Of a stretch of DNA of 64,000 nucleotides, positions 22,883-32,488 are shown one piece after another (within the stretch, counting starts at the first letter, position 1; every line of letters starts with the position of its first letter). A program made the translations under genes and the position numbers. The stretch comes from an uncultured Pelagibacteraceae bacterium. Lineage in GTDB: Bacteria > Pseudomonadota > Alphaproteobacteria > Pelagibacterales > Pelagibacteraceae. The notes beneath the pieces are model-generated. The model had not been told where the DNA came from. It saw only the letters and a list, made by a program, of their open reading frames with translations, and made no database searches. The stretch lies in the NCBI GenBank assembly GCA_902624495.1, contig CACNYH010000002.1:8349-72348 (forward strand), in the 5' to 3' direction.

Positions 22883-23798
22883 GGTTTTTTAATTCTGTTT
22901 TTAAGAACTTAGCTATTTCTAACATTCCATCTTTATTTACTTTTTTTTCTGCAACCGTATTATAGTTAGTGTTAGTATTTACATCGTATGTGTATCTCTG
23001 ACCGGTTTTATCTGTGATGTACTCAATACCAGCTATCTCAATATTATTTTTTTTTAAAAAATTCTCATATTTTTCAATATCTGGATTTGTATAATTTTTT
23101 AGAATCATAAATTTATTACCATCTGGATTGTTAGATTTATTTTCAGAAATATTATTTTTACTATCACAAGGGCATAATTCAAAAGAATTTCCAGCATCAA
23201 CTTGAACCGCATATAAAAATTTAGAGTTAACAAATTCAAGTCGATGAATTACTTTTGGATCAGCATCAATATAATCTTGTAAAATTGTTATACCATCTAT
23301 TGAATTTTCAAAAAGAGATCCATTAACATACTCTTCTAATTCTTCTTTATTATTAAAAAGTTGCACACCTAATCCTCTACCGGCCCTGTTATGTTTAGTT
23401 ATAAAAGGCTTGCTAAAATTTTTTGCAGCTTGGATAATTTGCGATTTACTTGAACAAAAAATTGAGTTCGGAGTTTTAATACCTGCCTCATTCAATTTCA
23501 AATATTGCAAAGATTTGCTTACTTCCAGAGCGAGTGCGTTATTATCATTAATCACTCTTTTTTTATGATTTTGTAACCAATTAAGTATCACCGAAGTATA
23601 TTCTGGGGCAAATCTATGTCCTCTAACGTGAGAACTTGCACTCATTCGATTATAAAAAACTCCCTCAGGTGGATTTTTGCTTAAATCAATTTTAGCGTTT
23701 TCTACATGCCAATCCTCAAAATCTACTTTTAAATCTTTTAAATGAGATTCAAGAGGTTTAGTCCAAGCTTCATTTTCGTGAATAATATATGCTTTCAT
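22875..23798 (-). CDS. RimK-like ATP-grasp ligase (alpha-L-glutamate ligase-like)
   Basis: HENEAW, NRMSASSHVRGH, KHNRAGRGLGV, YDVNTNTNYN. Confidence 0.8.
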   Translation of the reverse strand: MKAYIIHENEAWTKPLESHLKDLKVDFEDWHVENAKIDLSKNPPEGVFYNRMSASSHVRGHRFAPEYTSVILNWLQNHKKRVINDNNALALEVSKSLQYLKLNEAGIKTPNSIFCSSKSQIIQAAKNFSKPFITKHNRAGRGLGVQLFNNKEELEEYVNGSLFENSIDGITILQDYIDADPKVIHRLEFVNSKFLYAVQVDAGNSFELCPCDSKNNISENKSNNPDGNKFMILKNYTNPDIEKYENFLKKNNIEIAGIEYITDKTGQRYTYDVNTNTNYNTVAEKKVNKDGMLEIAKFLKTELKNLE

Positions 23799-23856
23799 TA
23801 GACCAGGCGTTATATATTCTCCTTTAAATTTTTCAAGTAGTCATTATATATGATTA

Positions 23857-24432
23857 ATGAATAATTTTTTAGAGACAATAAAAAAAAGAGATCCAGCAGC
23901 AAAATCAATATTGAGTATTGTTCTCACATACCCTGGTGTTAAAGCTGTTTTTTTTCATAAGATATCTAACTTTTTTTACAAAGCTGGTTTTGAACTATTA
24001 GCTAGAATTATATCTCAAACAATACGATTTTTTACAGGCATTGAAATTCATCCAGGTGCAAAAATTGGAAAAAATTTATTTATTGATCATGGGATGGGAG
24101 TAGTAATAGGTGAAACCTCTGAAATAGGAGATAACGTTACAATCTATCATGCTGTTACATTGGGAGGTAGCTCGCCATCTATAGATAGTGAAAGGCAACG
24201 TCATGAAAAAAGACACCCAACTATTGGCGACGATGTTGTAATCGGTTCAGGTGCACAAATAATCGGACCAATAAAAGTTGGTAATAACGCAAGAATTGCG
24301 GCTAACGCAGTTGTTGTAAAAGATGTCCCAGAAAACGCGACTATGGTCGGTATTCCAGCTAAAGCAGTAAAATTAGAAAACAAAGGTAGCTTTAGACCTT
24401 ATGGCGTTGATGATAAAGTTAAAGATGAGTAA
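23857..24432 (+). CDS. cysE: Serine O-acetyltransferase
   Basis: [39 protein letters not shown]. Confidence 0.92.
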   Translation: MNNFLETIKKRDPAAKSILSIVLTYPGVKAVFFHKISNFFYKAGFELLARIISQTIRFFTGIEIHPGAKIGKNLFIDHGMGVVIGETSEIGDNVTIYHAVTLGGSSPSIDSERQRHEKRHPTIGDDVVIGSGAQIIGPIKVGNNARIAANAVVVKDVPENATMVGIPAKAVKLENKGSFRPYGVDDKVKDE

Positions 24433-24802
24433 AGACTGGGATCCAAATTTAACTCCAGAACAAAATTATGTTTTAAGACAAGAGGGAACAGAGTCTCCAG
24501 GTAGCAGTCCTTTAAATAAAGAGAAAAGAGAAGGTTCTTATCATTGTGTTGGATGTGGCACAAAATTATTTGATTCTTCTACTAAATATGAAAGTGGAAC
24601 AGGCTGGCCATCTTTTTTCGAATCTATACCAGGGGTATTTGAGGAAAAAACAGATATGCACATTGGTTATCCAAGAACTGAATATCATTGTAAAAAATGT
24701 GGAGGTCATCACGGTCATGTTTTTGATGACGGTCCAAAACCCACGGGAAAACGATATTGTAACAACGGTATCTGTTTAGTCTTTAAACCCAAAGGCGAAT
24801 AG
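24425..24802 (+). CDS. msrB: Peptide-methionine (R)-S-oxide reductase, cytoplasmic
   Basis: GTE, CVGC/CKKC Zn ligands, [21 protein letters not shown]; probable start is the ATG at 24425 (MSKDW). Confidence 0.93.
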   Translation: MSKDWDPNLTPEQNYVLRQEGTESPGSSPLNKEKREGSYHCVGCGTKLFDSSTKYESGTGWPSFFESIPGVFEEKTDMHIGYPRTEYHCKKCGGHHGHVFDDGPKPTGKRYCNNGICLVFKPKGE

Positions 24803-24917
24803 TTATACACAAACCAATTAAGTGTTTTAATACAACTTATCAAAAAATTATAATCTTTCCTGTCATGTCCTCTAGACCAAGGCGACACAAGTTTGTAAGA
24901 TTATCATTTCATCCACC

Positions 24918-25475
24918 ATGAAGAAGCAAATTATTTCCCTACTTACAATTATATTCTCGTTAATTTCATTTCATACCCACGCATCCGAACAAAATTGGAA
25001 ACAAGCTCAGGATGGAGATAAAATTATTTTAATAAGACACGCTAAAGCTCCTGGGGGCGGAGATCCAGAAGGATTTAAAATTAAAGATTGTAAAACACAA
25101 AGAAATCTCGACATGATGGGCATTAATCAAGCAAAAAAAATTGGAAAACTCTTTAGAGAAAAAAAAGTTAAAATTGATCGAGTTTTATCAAGCCAGTGGT
25201 GTAGATGCAAAGATACTGCAAAATATGCTTTTGGCGATTTCAAAGAATTTTCTGCATTAAATTCTACTTATACTCCACCATATGACCAAAATGAAAAACA
25301 GCAAATTGAGGAATTAAAAAAATATGTAAGTAGCTGGAATGGCAAAGGAGGAAATCTAGTTTTAGTTACGCATTATGTAATTATCTTAGCAATAACTGGA
25401 GAAACAACACGATCAGGAGAACTAGTTGTCACTGATAAAAATTTTAAAGTTTTATCTACAATTAATACTTTTTAA
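24918..25475 (+). CDS. Secreted histidine phosphatase superfamily protein
   Basis: Signal peptide, LIRHA, QRNL, SSQWCRCKDTA, LVTH. Confidence 0.85.
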   Translation: MKKQIISLLTIIFSLISFHTHASEQNWKQAQDGDKIILIRHAKAPGGGDPEGFKIKDCKTQRNLDMMGINQAKKIGKLFREKKVKIDRVLSSQWCRCKDTAKYAFGDFKEFSALNSTYTPPYDQNEKQQIEELKKYVSSWNGKGGNLVLVTHYVIILAITGETTRSGELVVTDKNFKVLSTINTF

Positions 25476-25816
25476 AAAAATATAAAATATCCAACCGCTA
25501 TTAAGATTAAATATTCAATAAATGTTTTAATCTTTAAAAGAGTGTTTTTATCCTGAAATTTATTATTGATGAATAAAGTTAATCGAGAAAAAGCCAAGTG
25601 AACTAAAACGATACTCAGAGCAATACCAAGTAATGAATTGTAAAAGCTAAAATTTTTAAGACCATAAAAGCAAGCTGCGATAAATGTGAACCAGGATATA
25701 TTAGTTACAAATAAAGTAATTAAAATACCTGATCCTTTTTTAAAAATACTTTGAGACTTAATGAAAGTATATGACCACAAAAGAGTGAATATAAAACCTG
25801 CGTATTTAATTATCAT
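25472..25816 (-). CDS. Hypothetical membrane protein
   Basis: 114 aa, about 4 hydrophobic segments, fills the gap between genes; no family recognised. Confidence 0.65.
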   Translation of the reverse strand: MIIKYAGFIFTLLWSYTFIKSQSIFKKGSGILITLFVTNISWFTFIAACFYGLKNFSFYNSLLGIALSIVLVHLAFSRLTLFINNKFQDKNTLLKIKTFIEYLILIAVGYFIFF

Positions 25817-25866
25817 GAGCCAATATTGTAATTGCGGTAAAGTTCAAAGGCAAATATAAAGTAAAT

Positions 25867-26583
25867 ATGATAATCAAACTTGCATTTGCTTTTGGGGCTG
25901 GATTTATTAGTTTTCTTACACCATGTGTGCTTCCAATTATCCCAGGTTATATTTCTTATATTACTGGAAAAAATTTAGGAGAAATAGATAAAGATAAATC
26001 AATAGTTCTTACAAAAACTATTCTTTTTTCATTAGGTTTCTCATTCGTTTTTATTATACTTGGAGCAGCAGCCTCTGCAATTGGAAATGTACTTCTATTT
26101 TTCTCCAATGAATTAAGAATAGTTGCGGGGTTGATAATTATTATCTTTTCATTACAGATGTTAGGTTTTCTAAATTTTTCTTTTTTAAACACTGAAAAAA
26201 GAATCCAAACTGCTTCAAGTTATAAAGATAATTATGCATTTCCATTTATAGTTGGCGCAGCTTTTGCATTTGGTTGGACACCCTGTATTGGCCCAGTTTT
26301 GGGATCTATAATTGCTCTATCTGCTACTGAAGCCACAATTAGTAAAGGGATTTTATTATTATCATTTTACTCTTTAGGATTAGCTATCCCATTTATATTG
26401 TCCGGATATTACATGAGTAGATTTTTAAATACTAAAAAAGGTTTTGGAAAATATTACGGAACTATTACAAAATCTGGAGGAACTATTCTTTTAATAACTG
26501 GTATTTTGATTACAACAAATTATATTCAAGTAATAAGTTATTATATTTTGACGACCTTCCCAATTCTCGCTAAGCTTGGTTAA
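25867..26583 (+). CDS. ccdA: Cytochrome c biogenesis / thiol-disulfide transmembrane protein CcdA
   Basis: SFLTPCVLP and GWTPCIGP cysteine motifs, about 6 TM. Confidence 0.92.
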   Translation: MIIKLAFAFGAGFISFLTPCVLPIIPGYISYITGKNLGEIDKDKSIVLTKTILFSLGFSFVFIILGAAASAIGNVLLFFSNELRIVAGLIIIIFSLQMLGFLNFSFLNTEKRIQTASSYKDNYAFPFIVGAAFAFGWTPCIGPVLGSIIALSATEATISKGILLLSFYSLGLAIPFILSGYYMSRFLNTKKGFGKYYGTITKSGGTILLITGILITTNYIQVISYYILTTFPILAKLG

Positions 26584-27485
26584 TGAGCGAAATAACAGTC
26601 TTAGGAATTTTTGTAGCAGATATAAGTTTTTCTGGTCCTAAAATCCCTTCAATAGGTGAAACTATTTTAGGAAAAAAATATAATGTTGGTCCAGGTGGAA
26701 AAGGTTGCAATCAAGCCATAGCGATTGCAAGACTTGGTGGAACTATAAATTTTATAAGTAAAATTGGTAAAGACGCTTATGGAGAGTTAGCTCTTAAAAC
26801 TCTTGAAAAAAATAAAATTTCTACAGAAAATATAATTCAAGATGCTAGTCAACAAACTGGCGTAGCTGGAATTTTAGTTGATCAAAACACTGGCAAAAAT
26901 GCAATAAATGTAATCGTAGGTGCACCAAATTCTTTAAAAATAAGTGAAATCGAAAAAAAAATTAGTTTAATAAAAAGTTCAAAAATTTTTTTAACTCAAT
27001 TGGAGGTTCCAAAAGACGTTACCTTACATTGTTTGAAAACTGCTAAAGAAAGTGGATGTATTACTATTTTAAATCCCGCGCCAGCATCTGAAATTTCAAA
27101 AGAGTTTTATAATAATATTGATTTTTTTACACCCAATGAAACAGAGGCTGAATTTTATACTGGCATCAAAATAACAAATGAACAACAAGCAAAACAGGCA
27201 GCAAATAAACTGATAAGCTTAGGGATTAAAAAAGTAATAATTACACTTGGAGAAAAAGGACTACTTTATTCGGATGGAAAAGAAGAAATTTATTTAAAAG
27301 CTAGTTCGGTAAAAGCAATTGACACTACTGGAGCTGGAGATGCTTTTAATGGAGGTTTGGCATATGGTATCTCTGAGGCAAAATCTATTAAAGAATGTTT
27401 AGAACTTGCTAATAAAGTTGCAGGACTTTCTACCACAAAGTTAGGAGCTGGAGACTCAATGCCATATTTAGAAGATTTAAAATAA
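26583..27485 (+). CDS. rbsK: Ribokinase (PfkB family)
   Basis: GGKGCNQA, LNPAPA, PNETEA, DTTGAGDAF. Confidence 0.88.
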   Translation: MSEITVLGIFVADISFSGPKIPSIGETILGKKYNVGPGGKGCNQAIAIARLGGTINFISKIGKDAYGELALKTLEKNKISTENIIQDASQQTGVAGILVDQNTGKNAINVIVGAPNSLKISEIEKKISLIKSSKIFLTQLEVPKDVTLHCLKTAKESGCITILNPAPASEISKEFYNNIDFFTPNETEAEFYTGIKITNEQQAKQAANKLISLGIKKVIITLGEKGLLYSDGKEEIYLKASSVKAIDTTGAGDAFNGGLAYGISEAKSIKECLELANKVAGLSTTKLGAGDSMPYLEDLK

Positions 27486-27487
27486 AT

Positions 27488-27940
27488 TTACTCTGGTTTG
27501 AATATCAAGCAAAGACCATTATTACAAAATCTTTTTCCATTTTTACCTGGACCATCATTAAAAACATGACCATGATGTGCACCACACTTAGCACAATGGT
27601 ATTCAGTTCTAACCATTCCAAATTTGTAATCAGTCTTAGTTTTAAATGCACCCGGTAGAGCCTCTGAAAAAGATGGCCATCCTGTACCACTGTCGAACTT
27701 ACTAGTAGAGGCAAAAAGTTTATTATTGCAATTAGCACAATGATAAAAACCTTTTCTTTTCTCTTTATTTAAATCACTTGAGAATGGTCTTTCAGTTCCC
27801 TCATTAAACATAATGTCTCGTTGCTCTTTTGAGAGATTTTTGTTTATAATTTTTTTAGTTACTGCTAATAACGAGTTTATAGGTACTAATAGTGAGTAAA
27901 ATAATGATAAACTAACTAGTTTAAGAAATTCACGTCTCAT
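27488..27940 (-). CDS. msrB: Peptide-methionine (R)-S-oxide reductase with Tat-like signal peptide
   Basis: N-terminus MRREFLK plus hydrophobic stretch; GTERPF, CANC/CAKC, GTGWPSF, RFCNNG. Confidence 0.9.
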   Translation of the reverse strand: MRREFLKLVSLSLFYSLLVPINSLLAVTKKIINKNLSKEQRDIMFNEGTERPFSSDLNKEKRKGFYHCANCNNKLFASTSKFDSGTGWPSFSEALPGAFKTKTDYKFGMVRTEYHCAKCGAHHGHVFNDGPGKNGKRFCNNGLCLIFKPE

Positions 27941-28196
27941 TATCTTTTAAAATTTTATCTAATTCACCACTTCTGTTAGCATTTTGCAGCTGCTCATTAC
28001 CACCAACATAATGGTCTCCAACAAAAATTTGAGGAATTGTTCTTGCACCATTTGTTCTTTGCAACATTTCTTTAGCTTTAGCTGGATCTTTCCAAATATC
28101 GAATTCCTCAATTTCAACATTTTTACTTTTCAATAAAGCTTTTGCAGCTCTACAGTAAGGGCAAGGATCTCCGGAATACATTGTAACTTTTTTCAT
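27930..28196 (-). CDS. grxC: Glutaredoxin 3
   Basis: CPYC, TIPQIF, GG motifs; 88 aa. Confidence 0.93.
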   Translation of the reverse strand: MKKVTMYSGDPCPYCRAAKALLKSKNVEIEEFDIWKDPAKAKEMLQRTNGARTIPQIFVGDHYVGGNEQLQNANRSGELDKILKDNET

Positions 28197-28198
28197 AG

Positions 28199-28495
28199 TT
28201 AGTATATATCAGATATTTTTATTTTTTCCCTGAGCTTTTTGCGCCCAAGTTGAAACTTTTTTCTGTGTTTAATGCTAGTATTATGAACTCTTTTTCTCCA
28301 TAGTCTAAAGGAACTAGGTTTTAAATTTTTTCTCATTATCTTAATTACTTGAGACTCATTTTTTCCAGTTTTTTCTTTAATTTCTTCAAAAGTAATTCTA
28401 TCTGCCCATGCAGCCCAAATAATCCAATTATCATCCTTTTTTTTTGGCTCAGCATTTTTAACTCTTGTTTGAGGGATAAAACTTTTTTTCTTCAT
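28199..28495 (-). CDS. TIGR03643 / DUF2805 family protein
   Basis: AWADRITFEEI...ESQVIKIMRKNLKPSSFRLWRKRV signature. Confidence 0.85.
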   Translation of the reverse strand: MKKKSFIPQTRVKNAEPKKKDDNWIIWAAWADRITFEEIKEKTGKNESQVIKIMRKNLKPSSFRLWRKRVHNTSIKHRKKFQLGRKKLREKIKISDIY

Positions 28496-28508
28496 AAATT
28501 TATATATA

Positions 28509-29135
28509 GTGATTAATCAAATGTTTCCTACAGACTATATAATATTTTTACAAATCATTTTATTTTTATTTATTTCACCAGGTCCGCCTAGGGTTGTTAT
28601 AGTTTCACACACATTGAATTATGGATTAAATAGATCTGTTTGGACTGCTTTGGGAGATATATCTGCAAATACTATCCAAGCTATTTTAGTAGTTTTTTTA
28701 ATTGGTTCTTTTTTAAGCGATAACCCACAAGTCCTTTACTATTTAAAATGGGCAGGGATATTTTATATAATTTATCTAGCCTATGACACCTTTACTTCAA
28801 AAATTCGAAGTTTTAATTCTAAAAATCAAAATTTAAAATCACCACTATCATTTTATAAAGATGGATTATTAGTTGCTGGCTTAAGTCCTAAAGCTCTTTT
28901 ATTTTTTGGAACAATTTTTCCCACTTTTATTAATTTCGGATCAAATATTATTTCACAGTTTTTAATATTATTAATTACATACGTGGTTTTAGATTTTTTA
29001 ACGTTAATGATTTACGGTTTAGCAGCTGAAAAAATTTCTGTATGGTTGAGAAGCAAACCAAAGCTATTAAATACAATTTCTGCGTGTGTTCTTTTAATTT
29101 TAGCAGTTTACATTGCTGCGACACAGAATTTTTAA
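28509..29135 (+). CDS. LysE/RhtB family amino acid exporter
   Basis: SPGP near N-terminus, LKWAG..Y..YLA, SPKA; start could be GTG 28509 or a nearby ATG. Confidence 0.87.
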   Translation: MINQMFPTDYIIFLQIILFLFISPGPPRVVIVSHTLNYGLNRSVWTALGDISANTIQAILVVFLIGSFLSDNPQVLYYLKWAGIFYIIYLAYDTFTSKIRSFNSKNQNLKSPLSFYKDGLLVAGLSPKALLFFGTIFPTFINFGSNIISQFLILLITYVVLDFLTLMIYGLAAEKISVWLRSKPKLLNTISACVLLILAVYIAATQNF

Positions 29136-29219
29136 TCAATTCTAACTGTTGTCAAAATCTCTATTTCTTGTTTTAATTATTTAATTTTAATTAATTAATT
29201 AATAACAAGAAGGGAAATA

Positions 29220-30461
29220 ATGAATAAAATAGCAAAACTATTTGTTACATTTATTTCAGCAATAACTTTAGCACTTGTTTCTTTTACTTCTTCTTTTGCA
29301 AAAGTAGAAGGCGAGTACATTGTGTTAGGTTCTGCAATATCTCTTACAGGTAAATACTCTTCAAATGGTGTTCATACTCAAAATGGTTATAACATGGCCG
29401 TTGACAGAATTAACAAAATGGGTGGAGTAGAAGTACAAGGTAAGAAATATAAGTTTGAGATCATTTACTATGATGATGAGTCAAACCCAAAAAGAGCCGC
29501 TCAGTTAGCTGAAAGACTAATTAAACAAGATGGCGTTCATTACATGCTTGGACCATACAGTTCAGGTTTAACGAAAGCCATTGCACCAGTAACCGAGAAA
29601 TATAAAATTCCTATGGTTGAAGCGAATGGTGCATCTAGATCTTTATTTACTAAAGGATACAAATATTTGTTCGCGGTGTTATCACCAGCTAACCAATACC
29701 TTGAAGTAGCTATCGATTTAGCGGTAGAAAAAAACGGTGGTAAAGGAGTAAAAATTGCTCAAGCATTTGAACAAGATGCTTTCTCACAAGACGTGAGACT
29801 TGGTATTTTAGATGCAGCGAAAAGAACTGGATCTGAGATCATCATCGATGACAAACTACCAAAAGAACTTAACGATATGGCAGCTACATTGGCTAAAGTA
29901 AAAGCTGTTAAGCCAGATGTACTTGTTGTATCAGGTCACACAAAAGGCGCATTAACTGCAATCAGACAAATTTCTGAAATGAAAGTTGATGTTCCTATGT
30001 TAGCGATGACACACTGTGATGCTGCAAAACTTTCTAAACAACACGGAAAGAAATCAGAATTCGCATTGTGTGCTTCTCAGTGGCACAAAAATTTATCTTA
30101 CAAAGATAAATTCTTTGGCTCTGGTAAGAAATACGCTAAAGACTTCCAAAAAGAATTTGGATATGACCCGCCATATCAATCAGCAGAGTCTTCTGCAGCA
30201 TTGTTAGTGTTTAAAGATGCGTTCGAAAGAGCAAATTCTTTTGACAGAGATGCAGTTAGAGATGCGCTAGTTGATACAGAAATGCAAACTTTCTATGGAA
30301 ACATTAAATTTGGACCTGGTGGCCAAAACGTTGCTAAGCCAATGATCTTGTTCCAAGTAAGATGTAAAGGCGATGATTGTGAGAATAGAGTAGTAGCTCC
30401 TACAAAATGGGCTTCTGATAAGTTCTATCATCCAATCCCGAAATGGTCTGAAAGAAGCTAA
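29220..30461 (+). CDS. Branched-chain-amino-acid-type ABC substrate-binding protein
   Basis: Signal peptide, SLTGKY, YDDESNP, LGPYSSG; heads a livHMGF-like operon. Confidence 0.9.
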   Translation: MNKIAKLFVTFISAITLALVSFTSSFAKVEGEYIVLGSAISLTGKYSSNGVHTQNGYNMAVDRINKMGGVEVQGKKYKFEIIYYDDESNPKRAAQLAERLIKQDGVHYMLGPYSSGLTKAIAPVTEKYKIPMVEANGASRSLFTKGYKYLFAVLSPANQYLEVAIDLAVEKNGGKGVKIAQAFEQDAFSQDVRLGILDAAKRTGSEIIIDDKLPKELNDMAATLAKVKAVKPDVLVVSGHTKGALTAIRQISEMKVDVPMLAMTHCDAAKLSKQHGKKSEFALCASQWHKNLSYKDKFFGSGKKYAKDFQKEFGYDPPYQSAESSAALLVFKDAFERANSFDRDAVRDALVDTEMQTFYGNIKFGPGGQNVAKPMILFQVRCKGDDCENRVVAPTKWASDKFYHPIPKWSERS

Positions 30462-30480
30462 TAACTTCTGAATAATTTGA

Positions 30481-30512
30481 AAAGCCCCTAGTTTTCTAGG
30501 GGCTTTTCTTTT
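30481..30512 (+). terminator. Intra-operon hairpin/terminator after the SBP gene
   Basis: AAAGCCCCTAG-TTTT-CTAGGGGCTTT followed by TCTTTT. Confidence 0.85.
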
Positions 30513-30529
30513 ATAAGTTTTAAAATTTT

Positions 30530-31423
30530 ATGGACTTTCTTATTTTTAAAGCTCCAATGTTAATGGTCCAAGCATCATTGGACGGAATTCTTTTAGGTAT
30601 TTTATTTGCACTGATCGCCTATGGAATGGCTCTTCAATGGGGTGTGATGAATATAATTAACATTGCACAAGGTGATTTGGTAATCCTTGGAGGTTATATT
30701 GCATACACTATATACCTTTGGGGAATTCATCCTGCATGGGGAGTTATTATTTCTCCAATTATAATGTTTTTTGTTGGATGGGCACTCTACAAGTTAGTAA
30801 TTAATAAAGTTGTGGATCGAGATTTATTTATTTCTATTTTAGCCACTTTTGGTATTGCAATTGTATTTCAGCAACTAATGAATTTTATTTTCGGTGCAGA
30901 CGTGGTTGTGGCACAATCTGAATATGGAACAACAATGTTATTTGATAATTCAGTAACTCTGCCAAATTCAAAAATATTCTCTGCTTTTATAAGCGTTTTA
31001 TATGCAATAGCTCTAGTTATTTACATGAGAAAATCTAAACTTGGAAGAGCTATAAGAGCTACGGCACAAAATGCAAGGGCTGCAAAAATTTTAGGTGTAG
31101 ATACAGAAAAAGTTTATGCAGCAACATTTGGTATTAACGCTGCGTTATGTGGAATTGCTGGAGCTTTAATTTCAATAACTCTAACACTTCACCCTTATGT
31201 AGGACTTCCATATACAGTAAGATCCTTCATGATAGTTATCGTTGCAGGTCTTGGAAATTTACCCGCGGTAGCAGTTTCGGGGATGGGGCTAGGTCTTTTC
31301 GAAGAATTTGCTGATTATATTTTAGGAACAGAATTTAGAATAGGTGCAGTATTTTTACTCTTAGTTTTAATATTAGTTTACAGAAGATTTAAACTGTCAA
31401 AAAAAAGGGAGTATCTAAAATAA
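30530..31423 (+). CDS. BCAA-type ABC permease (LivH-like)
   Basis: GVMNIINIAQG, GRAIRATAQN. Confidence 0.9.
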   Translation: MDFLIFKAPMLMVQASLDGILLGILFALIAYGMALQWGVMNIINIAQGDLVILGGYIAYTIYLWGIHPAWGVIISPIIMFFVGWALYKLVINKVVDRDLFISILATFGIAIVFQQLMNFIFGADVVVAQSEYGTTMLFDNSVTLPNSKIFSAFISVLYAIALVIYMRKSKLGRAIRATAQNARAAKILGVDTEKVYAATFGINAALCGIAGALISITLTLHPYVGLPYTVRSFMIVIVAGLGNLPAVAVSGMGLGLFEEFADYILGTEFRIGAVFLLLVLILVYRRFKLSKKREYLK

Positions 31424-32488
31424 ATGGAAAAAGTAAAACAAAAAGACTTAATACTATACTCTGGTTTAATCATTTTAGGTTTAGCCGCCCCTTACTTATT
31501 CTCTGCTTTTAAAGTTCAGCTTACTTATCTTTGCGTCTTGATTGTTCTAGCAATGACTTGGAACTTACAAGGTGGTGAAATGGGCTATAACACATTTGGA
31601 AATATTCTTTTCTATGGTCTCGGAATGTATTTAACCGCCTCAGTTCAAGTAGGTATGTTTTTCCCGTTAGCTGAGTGGACTGAAAGTGGTGGAGAAAAAA
31701 CATTCGTACATACTACAGCGCAATATTTTCAAGGAATAGGAGTAGGATTATTAGTTTCAGCAATTATTCCTGCAATTATTGCAGGAGCTATAGGTTATGC
31801 TATTTTAGGATTGAGAGGTCATTACTTTGCGATTTGTACTTTAGGTTTAGGTATCGCAGCAGGTGAAATAGCCGGCGGAATAGAAATAATTGGGGCTGGT
31901 CAAGGTTTCACCACACCACCTTTTCCTGCTGAAATAGTTGATACTGAAGCTAGAGGAAAATTTTTCTACTTTTTAAGTTTTGCATTATTAGTTGGAACAT
32001 TTATTTTTGTTAAATACATTTACGGTTCTAGATTTAGATTAATTTTAAATGCGATAAGAGACAATGAGGATAAAGCAGAAGCTATGGGCATCCAAACCAT
32101 GAAATATAAAATTGTAGGTTGGATGTGTTCAGCTTTCTTCTGTGGTCTTGCAGGTGGAATTATGGGTGGACTAATTGGGTATATAGACTCAACAGATGTT
32201 GCATTTGATGGAAGAGAGATGGGAGTATTCATGGTTCTTATGGCAATTCTTGGTGGAAAAGGAACTTTATGGGGCCCGGTAATTGGAGCAACGTTATTCC
32301 ATTTCTTCAAAGAAGGTCTTTGGACGTTAATATTAGGCTGGCAATATGTTGCGCTGGGAGTTTTGATCGTTGTAATCGTAGTTTATTTCCCAGAAGGATT
32401 AATGGGTTGGTTGCGAGAAAAATATCCTGAAAGATTTGGTGAAGTGATAGATGAAAAAGATCGTAAAGCACAGGTGGAATTAAAATGA
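31424..32488 (+). CDS. BCAA-type ABC permease (LivM-like)
   Basis: LRGHYFAICTL, AIRDNEDKAEAMG, LGGKGTLWGP. Confidence 0.9.
   Translation: MEKVKQKDLILYSGLIILGLAAPYLFSAFKVQLTYLCVLIVLAMTWNLQGGEMGYNTFGNILFYGLGMYLTASVQVGMFFPLAEWTESGGEKTFVHTTAQYFQGIGVGLLVSAIIPAIIAGAIGYAILGLRGHYFAICTLGLGIAAGEIAGGIEIIGAGQGFTTPPFPAEIVDTEARGKFFYFLSFALLVGTFIFVKYIYGSRFRLILNAIRDNEDKAEAMGIQTMKYKIVGWMCSAFFCGLAGGIMGGLIGYIDSTDVAFDGREMGVFMVLMAILGGKGTLWGPVIGATLFHFFKEGLWTLILGWQYVALGVLIVVIVVYFPEGLMGWLREKYPERFGEVIDEKDRKAQVELK

Noticed and set aside
24401-24424. Upstream start for the first msrB
   Set aside because: Gives a longer overlap with cysE; ATG 24425 gives a typical 8-nt overlap and normal MsrB length.
29171-29205. TTAA runs as CtrA boxes or a tandem repeat element
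   Set aside because: TTAA is very frequent at this AT content; treated instead as part of the shared SBP leader motif.
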